Assembly (NCBI GenBank): GCA_963722075.1
Contig: CAVRJM010000001.1
Coordinates: forward strand, 416,001 to 480,000
DNA from: Candidatus Babeliales bacterium
Lineage (GTDB): Bacteria; Babelota; Babeliae; Babelales; JANWKD01
DNA: 64,000 nt
Direction: 5' to 3'
A program made the translations under genes and the position numbers. The notes beneath the pieces were generated by a model. That model saw nothing but the letters and a program-made list of their open reading frames with translations, searched no databases and was not told the origin of the DNA. The first letter of the stretch is position 1. Each line of letters starts with the position of its first letter. This document shows, piece by piece, positions 49,089 through 57,153 of this stretch.

Positions 49089-51650
49089 TTATAAAGATAC
49101 AGACTGTTCATCAATAAAATGAATAGTATCTGCAATTATAGATGTAAGATGGTGTAAATAACCACCAAGCTGCTCAGTATCCGATACTGCTAAAGAAGAT
49201 GGTAGATTCTTCTGCAACTGCTCAATTTTATCATCCATATCTTCAAATTTTACTTTCATCCCTTTTAGGTAAGCCCGCGTAGAATTTTTTAATAAACCGG
49301 GCACCAGACGAGTCAATTTCCTTATATCTTTTTTTATAGAAGAAAACAAATCAAAATAACTATTAATTTTTTCCTGTATCTCTTTATTAGTTATATTTTG
49401 TAATGAAAGGTATTCAGATAGTTCTTTTTTATTAAAACGCTCAATGGCATCAAATGTTTTTTGAATCTTAGATAATTTTGGTATATGCACAAATTCTGCT
49501 ATAAATTCACAATTTTTATTTTCACATATATCTTCTAATTCTAATAAATAGGTTATTTGATCTTCTAACGTGGTGTCCAAGAACAATTTTTTCTCTATAA
49601 GCGGCTTTAAAAATGGATTACCTAACAATATTTCAAAGGGGATTGATTTAAGATTCTTTTCAAGCACCGGTAAAAATAAATCAACATCTTGGCTGGTTTG
49701 AAATTTGGTTATGATTAACGATATAAATTCCTTAATATTTGCTGGCTTTTTTAATGATTCGATTAACAAATTCTTTATAATTAATTTATTAGTATCAAAA
49801 TGCTGTGCAAAATAAGCAAATGCTTTCTCAAATTCACTTCTTTTATTCATATTTAAATAAAACATTAATTGATTTCTCCACCCCGACATCGGTAATGAAT
49901 TTCGTAAGTTATCAAATAAAGAACTTTCGGGAATAAACGAAATACAATTATTATATAATAAATACAAAATACTATTGGTTGGCGCAGGTATTTTAGCAAT
50001 TATGTTTATTATGGTATTTTCTTTATGTTCCTGGGTATCCTGTAATTCAATAAAGGAATGATTAGCCTCGGGAGTGATATACCAATCGAATGTATAACGA
50101 TCATTGAGGATAATGGTGATATCTTCTGATTCTTCTTTACTAATTTCAATAGATTTATTATCCGATGAAAGAACTTTTTCTAATATTTCTAATTTTTGAG
50201 TTTCAGACATCTTTTCAAAAGAATCATTATGATCCAGTATCAAGTGGTGAATAACGGCTAATATATTATTGAGGGTAGGTTTTATTTCGCAAATAGACGC
50301 GTCAGCCGGAATTTTATAAGCAACACGAGCAAGTTCAGAAACAATCGCTGCAAATTGATTATGCACCTTTTTTAATTGAGCTTGAAATGGATCATTATTT
50401 TCTTGGTAAAATGTAACTAGGGACCGATTAATCATTAATTCAGGATATTTTTCAGCCATTGCTAATAAATAATTAATATTAAATATGCCAAGTGTCTCAT
50501 CAAAAAGAACTATATTGAAAAAATTTCTTATAGCTGTTTCTACACAATCAGGAAATTCATGCCCTTTAAAAACAGCATCATCTGGCTTAATAATTGGTGG
50601 AATCTTACCGATGCGGCTAAAATAACAATAAAAAATTATCTTTTCATAATCTTGAACCAATTGAATTGGTTCTTCTGTAAGCCTTCTTTTAATGTTAATA
50701 AAATCTTCTTTAGTATAGCGATCATCAGCAGTAAATAAATCGAGTGCATTTTTGTTAATAAGCGTTGGATTTCTATTATGTAGTTCTTGAGCAAAATCTT
50801 TAAAATCTTGCCGAGATTGTGCCTTTTTCCATAAAAAAGCTAAAAGGAGGTGATGCACGGTAAATGGCAAATAAAAGTAATAAGGAGCGCTACATTCATA
50901 CTGTGCCTTAACAATATTTGTTACCAGTTTAATTAAACTTTCTTTAGTTAAATCATGATTATACTGTTGCTTTAAAAATTCTTTAACATCAAGTTCTTTT
51001 TTTAATTGTGCCAATGAAGGTAACGCTGCCTTTTCTTTTTTTTTAGAAACTAATAACGTTTCTAGTGCCTTTCGTTCTTGTCCGCTCGCTTTTTTAGCAT
51101 CATTGGCTAATTGAATTACTTCTTGATTGAGTTTTACTACCGTAAGGTATTGTCTAACTACCGGCGATCGTTCGCTCATTTCCATCTCTAATTGTTTTCT
51201 TTTTTCCGCCGCTTCTTTTAATAAGCGGTTATAATGAAGATTGTGAATAATATCTGTCAGCAAACTAGTATAAAACTCTTGAATGGTGGCATACTGCCCA
51301 CGCATCTGTTTATCTAAATGAGTAATAATTACTGCTATGGTAGACGGTTTAAAATAGTAAGCAGCATTACGTGGCAATACAGTAGTCCCAAAGGTAATTC
51401 CATCATATTGTAAATGAAACATATTTTTAATTAATTGAATGGTTGTTTGCGTTTCATTCCCGTAACGATACAGGTTTTGCACCATATTATTATTCCACCA
51501 GATCAACCCATTGAGCGGAGATACATATTCTTTAGAAGGGGAAATGAGCGCATGGATCCCCTTAATATCAATAAAAGATAACTCTGCTTTCAATTGAAGA
51601 ACGCAAAAAAAAGTTACTAAATAGAACCATTTTTTAGAACAAATCATCAT
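49089..51650 (-). CDS. Hypothetical secreted protein (853 aa)
   Basis: Signal peptide; helical body; FPDCVETAIRN motif. Confidence 0.75.
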   Translation of the reverse strand: MMICSKKWFYLVTFFCVLQLKAELSFIDIKGIHALISPSKEYVSPLNGLIWWNNNMVQNLYRYGNETQTTIQLIKNMFHLQYDGITFGTTVLPRNAAYYFKPSTIAVIITHLDKQMRGQYATIQEFYTSLLTDIIHNLHYNRLLKEAAEKRKQLEMEMSERSPVVRQYLTVVKLNQEVIQLANDAKKASGQERKALETLLVSKKKEKAALPSLAQLKKELDVKEFLKQQYNHDLTKESLIKLVTNIVKAQYECSAPYYFYLPFTVHHLLLAFLWKKAQSRQDFKDFAQELHNRNPTLINKNALDLFTADDRYTKEDFINIKRRLTEEPIQLVQDYEKIIFYCYFSRIGKIPPIIKPDDAVFKGHEFPDCVETAIRNFFNIVLFDETLGIFNINYLLAMAEKYPELMINRSLVTFYQENNDPFQAQLKKVHNQFAAIVSELARVAYKIPADASICEIKPTLNNILAVIHHLILDHNDSFEKMSETQKLEILEKVLSSDNKSIEISKEESEDITIILNDRYTFDWYITPEANHSFIELQDTQEHKENTIINIIAKIPAPTNSILYLLYNNCISFIPESSLFDNLRNSLPMSGWRNQLMFYLNMNKRSEFEKAFAYFAQHFDTNKLIIKNLLIESLKKPANIKEFISLIITKFQTSQDVDLFLPVLEKNLKSIPFEILLGNPFLKPLIEKKLFLDTTLEDQITYLLELEDICENKNCEFIAEFVHIPKLSKIQKTFDAIERFNKKELSEYLSLQNITNKEIQEKINSYFDLFSSIKKDIRKLTRLVPGLLKNSTRAYLKGMKVKFEDMDDKIEQLQKNLPSSLAVSDTEQLGGYLHHLTSIIADTIHFIDEQSVSL

Positions 51651-51665
51651 TTTTCCTTCTAGAAC

Positions 51666-52262
51666 TTACCAGCAGCAGCCACCGCCGCCCCAGCCGCCAT
51701 AAAAGCCCCAACCACAAGGCCTGCAACAACCACCCCAATTATACCAACACGGGCCCCATGCCGCCCATGCTGCCCATTGTGCTTGTTGCCGTTGTTTATA
51801 TTCTTTTCTTTTTTTATGAATAATAGTATCAATATCCTGCGAAAGATACGATTCAATAAAAGCATTGATATCACATTCATGCACAAAACCATCTAATCGT
51901 GCACCAGGAACGGGGATCCCGCCAGCAAAAATCACGATAATAGGCAAGCGCGAAAAACCCAAATCGCGCGCAATAGAACAATCGGTATCACAATTAACCA
52001 TAATAAAATCAATATCTGCTTGACGAAAACTGCTATTTTGACTTACGGAATTAAACCTGCTTTTAAGTTCTTTTGCTGCTTGTTTTGAACTGATCTGGTT
52101 AGGAGCGCAGGCATTATCAGTACTATAAAATTGCACTACCGATAAATAAGATTCATTTATACGCGAAAAGAATCTGCTACGGGAATTAAGTTCTATAAAA
52201 CGAGAATATATGCATGAAAAAAAGGATAGGCATACCATCACATAAATAAGCAGTCTTTTCAT
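51666..52262 (-). CDS. Secreted thioredoxin-like protein with W/G/C-rich tail
   Basis: VVQFY, FIMVNCD, RLPIIVIFAGG; tail WAAWAAWGPCWYNWGGCCRPCGWG. Confidence 0.65.
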   Translation of the reverse strand: MKRLLIYVMVCLSFFSCIYSRFIELNSRSRFFSRINESYLSVVQFYSTDNACAPNQISSKQAAKELKSRFNSVSQNSSFRQADIDFIMVNCDTDCSIARDLGFSRLPIIVIFAGGIPVPGARLDGFVHECDINAFIESYLSQDIDTIIHKKRKEYKQRQQAQWAAWAAWGPCWYNWGGCCRPCGWGFYGGWGGGGCCW

Positions 52263-52283
52263 ATAATGCCTTTATAACAATTC

Positions 52284-53336
52284 TTATAAACTTAAGGTAT
52301 TGTAATCATCTTTATAAACCTTCTGTTGCTTTTTTTGTATGTATGAACCATCTAAGTAGCTATCAATCATTTTTTTAACGATGTACATATATTTTTCTGG
52401 GTTATAAAAAAAGGAATCGAAATGACGACGTCCTGCCGTAATCCAAAGCCGCTTAAAGCTCGCAACGTTATTAAAAAGATTTTTTGCTGCATTTATTGAT
52501 ACTTTTTCATCATTATCACAATGAATAATAAGGCATGGTACTTTTACTTTTTTTATTGATTCCATCGGGCTAACGGGGTAAATATACGTATTAGTAGCGG
52601 TCGCATCCATATTAGCTACTGTTTTTAATAATGCTTTTAATAATTTTTGAATATAGGGGTGAAACGCATATTTTTGGAAAAAAGTACATCCAGGCAAGCC
52701 AAATGAATAACCAAAAAAGGAAAACTGCATATTCTCAAGACCTTTTTTAATCACATTCTTACTTTTATCATACGCACTATCCAGTATCATTAAATGGAAC
52801 AGATCTGGATTGGCAGATTGTGCTTCAATAGCCGCAACGCCTCCCATAGAAAAACCATAGGCAATTCGCGGCAAATCTTTTAAATCAGGCCGTTCTTTAA
52901 TATAATTCACTGCTGCTATTACATCTTGGGCTTCATCCTTACCAAAAGTACAACATTGCGCTTCATCAATATTTTCACCATGGGCCCTAAAATCAAACGT
53001 TACTACGTGAAAATCAGGAAACAAAAATGCTCGAATAAATGAGGAATCAAATTTATCACACATAAATCCATTTAAAATAAATACGATGCCACGGGCATTT
53101 TTTCGTTTTAATAGAAAACCATGACGTAAAATTGTTTCAGTAGAATCTTGGTCCATAAGCGAATTAAAGGAGATTTTTTCTAATGAACCTTCGGGTTGAA
53201 TATATTTGTTTTTTTTGGTTAAAAATTCAGCCATAGCTTCGTAGGTGTTTTGATCAATACAAAAGAGATAACTATAACTGAGTAAAATAAAACAGAAAGG
53301 ATATATGAATCGTGCTATTATGTTTATTGTCTTCAT
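52284..53336 (-). CDS. Alpha/beta hydrolase with signal peptide
   Basis: FDFRAHG, GFSMGG, IHCDND, RRH. Confidence 0.88.
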   Translation of the reverse strand: MKTINIIARFIYPFCFILLSYSYLFCIDQNTYEAMAEFLTKKNKYIQPEGSLEKISFNSLMDQDSTETILRHGFLLKRKNARGIVFILNGFMCDKFDSSFIRAFLFPDFHVVTFDFRAHGENIDEAQCCTFGKDEAQDVIAAVNYIKERPDLKDLPRIAYGFSMGGVAAIEAQSANPDLFHLMILDSAYDKSKNVIKKGLENMQFSFFGYSFGLPGCTFFQKYAFHPYIQKLLKALLKTVANMDATATNTYIYPVSPMESIKKVKVPCLIIHCDNDEKVSINAAKNLFNNVASFKRLWITAGRRHFDSFFYNPEKYMYIVKKMIDSYLDGSYIQKKQQKVYKDDYNTLSL

Positions 53337-53362
53337 TAACTATCCTTTCTTTTGGTAAAAAG

Positions 53363-53421
53363 CTGGATCACCACGCCTTGTCCGCCATAGCCTTGGCGAC
53401 GTCGGATACGCTCGTGACGAC
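53363..53421. repeat. Palindromic repeat G with a precise 30-nt hairpin insertion
   Basis: CTGGATCACCACGC[CTTGTCCGCCATAGCCTTGGCGACGTCGGA]TACGCTCGTGACGAC. Confidence 0.88.
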
Positions 53422-53621
53422 TTCCGTCGCTATTATCTCTTATCTTTTTACATGGTATGGATTCTTTTTAAGTGACCATACAATGCTCATTATTGAGTGT
53501 ATCAGTAATTATTTTCTATTTGCAACAACAAATTGATTGGTTGAAAAAAGCGCTGATTTTAACGGCGTTTTTATATAAAATAAAATTTATATAATTGTTT
53601 CAGATAGAAACAAATATGCAA

Positions 53622-54761
53622 TTATGCATCACTTTTTGACGGTTGATAAAACCGAGATTCGATTTTGTTAGAAAAATCAGGCGTAAAGCCAATAGCTTGT
53701 AGAAATTCTATAGCATCCATACCCGCTTTTGCACCATCCCCGGCCGCTGTAACACTTTTTTGATAGCGTGGATCTTCCACCGTACCGGCAGCAAATACCC
53801 CTTTTTTAGAGGTTACTTGGGTATGATCAAAAACTTTAATAAATCCTTCCTCATCAAGCTCTAAAGCATCTTTGAATAAAGCAGAACGCGGCACGAATCC
53901 AAGGGCAAAATAAACCGATTGTATTGGCATTTGAGTAGTTTTATTAGTTTTCTTATCCATAACTTCTATTGCTTCTACCCGCTCAGTACCAAGTATTCTT
54001 TTCACCTCAATATTATATTTAATTTCAATTTTACTGTTCTTTTTTAAATAATCCTGCACTATTGCGGTTGCTCGCATCTCAGGCCCACGCACCAAAAGAG
54101 TAACTTTTTTTGCAAATGCCGATAGTTGTTGCGCGCGATCTGCGGCGGCATCGCCGCCTCCTATTATGGCAACTTCTTTATCCTGATCAAAAGGAGCATC
54201 ACAAATGGAACATACCCCTATTCCTTTGCCCCAAAACTCTTTTATTCCCGGAATATCCAATGTTCTTTGCGAACCACCAGTAGCAATAATAACTGTTAAC
54301 GCCTGTATAGTTGTACCATTTGATAAGGTGATTTGGAATGGCCATTCATTAAGATTCACCTGCGAAACTTCAACTTCTTCTAATTGAGCCCCAAAATGTT
54401 GTGCCTGTGCTTTTAAATCATTCATAATATCAAGACCAGGCATTTTTTGGCGGGCAGGCCAATTTTCTACATAACTTGCTTCCGTTAATTGTCCGCCAAT
54501 TTCAGATCCTGAAATCACGCGGGTTCTGAACTTCGCTCGAGAGGTGTACATTGCCGCTGTTAATCCAGCAGGCCCTGACCCAATGACCACTACCGGTTCA
54601 ATTTCAGTTTTATTAAAGAGAGATTCGATTGGGTAATCCTTTGGATCAACCGCCGGAACCGATTGATCATCAGGCAATACAGCATAGCCAATAGAATAGA
54701 GGCTAAAAAAAACTAATATGAAAATAAGATGAAATGCCTTTTTATGCGTAACCATAGCCAT
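53622..54761 (-). CDS. trxB: Thioredoxin reductase with N-terminal signal peptide
   Basis: IGSGPAG, GGQL, VENWP, CSICD, IGGGD, GVFAAG. Confidence 0.88.
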   Translation of the reverse strand: MAMVTHKKAFHLIFILVFFSLYSIGYAVLPDDQSVPAVDPKDYPIESLFNKTEIEPVVVIGSGPAGLTAAMYTSRAKFRTRVISGSEIGGQLTEASYVENWPARQKMPGLDIMNDLKAQAQHFGAQLEEVEVSQVNLNEWPFQITLSNGTTIQALTVIIATGGSQRTLDIPGIKEFWGKGIGVCSICDAPFDQDKEVAIIGGGDAAADRAQQLSAFAKKVTLLVRGPEMRATAIVQDYLKKNSKIEIKYNIEVKRILGTERVEAIEVMDKKTNKTTQMPIQSVYFALGFVPRSALFKDALELDEEGFIKVFDHTQVTSKKGVFAAGTVEDPRYQKSVTAAGDGAKAGMDAIEFLQAIGFTPDFSNKIESRFYQPSKSDA

Positions 54762-54853
54762 TTACACTCCCCTAATTTAATGGTGAGGCGTGCTCATACA
54801 ACGGGGCTTAACTATTGTTAAGCATACATAAATGGCGCTCTTATTTTCAATAA

Positions 54854-56305
54854 TTAAGCAAGGTCCTTAAGAAATTCTGTAAGCGCCTCATACGATAAGC
54901 TACCAACCTGTTCTTTCACAAGTTTACCATTTTTGAAAACAAGTAACGTTGGTACCGACGTAATTTTGTATTCATTTGCAAGAGCAGGGATTTCGTTAGC
55001 ATTAATTTTTATAAATGTCGTGCGATCACCCATTTCAGACGCAATCTGTTCTAAAGCTGGCAGCATATATTTACATGCTGGGCACTGAGTTGTATAAAAA
55101 TCAACAATCAATATTGCTCGCTCATTACGTAAGGATTCAAATTGTTCTTTAGATGTTACCGCTAAAATAGCCTTGCTAGGTACAGAATCAATCTCGGGCT
55201 TTTTTATATCAAAATAATTAGCTTCTATTTGCTTTGCTACTTTTACATTAAATCCATGATTTTGTAAAAATCCTAAGGCATCTAAAGCCGCTTTAATACC
55301 ACTACCTGCAGCTACCCCCGCTTGCCTATATATTTTATCTTCTATATCACCCGCAGCGAAAATGCCGGGTTTAGAAGTAGCCTGCGTTTTACCAGAAGTA
55401 ATAATGTAACCATCTGCATCAGTTTTAATTTGACCATTACATAAAGAAGTAGTGTTTGGCTTATGACCAATTGCTAAAAAGACCCCGCTTACAGATTTTG
55501 TAAACGTTTCATTTGTTTTATTATTATGTATCAGAACATGCGTTACTTCAGATCCATTCCCATATATTTCTTTAACTTCGCTATTATAGAGTACTTCAAT
55601 AGAATCAACATCCTTAATGCGATCTTGCATTGCAACCGAAGCACGCATAGCATCTTTACGAACTAAAATGGTAACTTTTTTAGCATATGATGATAACTGT
55701 AATGCTTCTTCAAGCGCTGAATCACCACCACCAACTACAACAACGTCTTTATCTTTATGGAACGGTGCATCGCAAATAGCACACGTTGTTACCCCTTTCC
55801 CCCAATATTCATCTTCTCCGGGTATACCTAATTTTGCTGGTGAAGCACCTGCAGCAACTATAATTGTTAATGCATTAATTGTTTTTCCTGATTGAGTGAT
55901 AACCTTATATGGCCATACAGAACAGTCAATAGACGCGGCGCTATCATAAATAATTTCAGCACCAAAATGTTCCGCTTGTTTTTGTAAACTCAACATAATA
56001 TCTGGACCTAGTTGATCCAATAAACCAGGAAAATTTTCAACACGGGTTGTGCTTCCTAATTGTCCTCCTGGTTGAGAACCTACTAAAACTGCTGTCTTGA
56101 TTTTTCCTCGCGCTGCGTAAATGGCCGCGCTATATCCTGCACAACCTGAACCGATAATAAGGATGGGTTCGATATTTTTCTTACCTATTACCGCCGTCAT
56201 ATCAATGGGGTTAGAGCGCAACAATAAGAAAGTACCACTCAAACCAATAGTTAAAACAAACAAAGCCCCTAATAAAAATTTAATATATTTCTGCATTAAT
56301 AACAC
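54854..56305 (-). CDS. trxB: Thioredoxin reductase-thioredoxin fusion (NTRC-like) with N-terminal signal/anchor
   Basis: IGSGCAG, VENFPG, CAICD, GGGDSA, GIFAAGD; C-terminal VDFYTTQCPAC...SVPT Trx domain. Confidence 0.9.
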   Translation of the reverse strand: MLLMQKYIKFLLGALFVLTIGLSGTFLLLRSNPIDMTAVIGKKNIEPILIIGSGCAGYSAAIYAARGKIKTAVLVGSQPGGQLGSTTRVENFPGLLDQLGPDIMLSLQKQAEHFGAEIIYDSAASIDCSVWPYKVITQSGKTINALTIIVAAGASPAKLGIPGEDEYWGKGVTTCAICDAPFHKDKDVVVVGGGDSALEEALQLSSYAKKVTILVRKDAMRASVAMQDRIKDVDSIEVLYNSEVKEIYGNGSEVTHVLIHNNKTNETFTKSVSGVFLAIGHKPNTTSLCNGQIKTDADGYIITSGKTQATSKPGIFAAGDIEDKIYRQAGVAAGSGIKAALDALGFLQNHGFNVKVAKQIEANYFDIKKPEIDSVPSKAILAVTSKEQFESLRNERAILIVDFYTTQCPACKYMLPALEQIASEMGDRTTFIKINANEIPALANEYKITSVPTLLVFKNGKLVKEQVGSLSYEALTEFLKDLA

Positions 56306-56411
56306 CTTTATTACTATTTTTATTCTAAAAATAAATTGACAAAAAACCTAAAAAACTCATACTGTAAACGTTATTTTTATAGTATAACCTTAATTTTTAT
56401 AAAGGAAAAGT

Positions 56412-56933
56412 ATGTCCACCCTGTTAAATACAAAAAGAATATTTTTTTTATCATTAAGCCTCCTTATTGCCGCTCCTGTCTCTTTAAGAGCCCACACCGA
56501 TAACCTAAATCCGGCTATAGAAATTACGACAGCCGATCAATTAACATCCTTACTTAATAGTATGGACCCCGTTGAGAAGAAACAATTTGAAGAATTATTG
56601 GATGAAATTGCAATAATTTCTCATAAAGATAAGAAAGAATCTTCTGCCTTAAATCAACTAGCCGCTCTTCTTAAAAAAGTACCTTATGCTAAGCTTTCAG
56701 CAGTTGGTATTTCCCTTATATTTGCTATTTTATACTGGGAATATGTAGCTCCTTATCTCAAAAAGAAATACCCATCAGAACAAGGTGAAACCTTAGTTGA
56801 ACTTCCTAAATTAGTAATGGGTTCTTTAATCTTGGATGAAATTAAAGATTTCTTAAAGGAAATGCGTCTTGCTTTTAAGGAAGACGTTTATTCTTTAGTT
56901 ACAGCAACCAAAAAGGCAATTGCTGCATTATAA
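56412..56933 (+). CDS. Hypothetical membrane protein
   Basis: Signal peptide plus one internal TM helix; SD-like AAGGA; followed by a terminator. Confidence 0.7.
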   Translation: MSTLLNTKRIFFLSLSLLIAAPVSLRAHTDNLNPAIEITTADQLTSLLNSMDPVEKKQFEELLDEIAIISHKDKKESSALNQLAALLKKVPYAKLSAVGISLIFAILYWEYVAPYLKKKYPSEQGETLVELPKLVMGSLILDEIKDFLKEMRLAFKEDVYSLVTATKKAIAAL

Positions 56934-56943
56934 TATTGTTAAC

Positions 56944-56981
56944 AAAATATAAGCCTGGCACATTTGTCAGGCTTATATTTT
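56944..56981 (+). terminator. Rho-independent terminator
   Basis: AAAATATAAGCCTGGCA/TGTCAGGCTTATATTTT stem. Confidence 0.8.
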
Positions 56982-57153
56982 ATACCGTTAAATTATTATT
57001 AACATTTAGTAATTTTTTTATTGATTCTATTTTATTTTGATAAAGATTTATTTTTATTATTATTTGACATGCCTTATAAGGAATTTTATTATTGATATAA
57101 TCAAATAATAATGAAATATTCACTAACTGTTCATCGCTAAAGGTCAAATTTCA

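Noticed and set aside
51659..51892. 77-aa alternative-frame ORF with a hydrophobic end
   Set aside because: Shadow of the GC-rich tail of 51666..52262; no independent support.
53312..53536. 74-aa ORF
   Set aside because: GTG start overlapping a divergent gene; its middle is simply the translation of repeat G.
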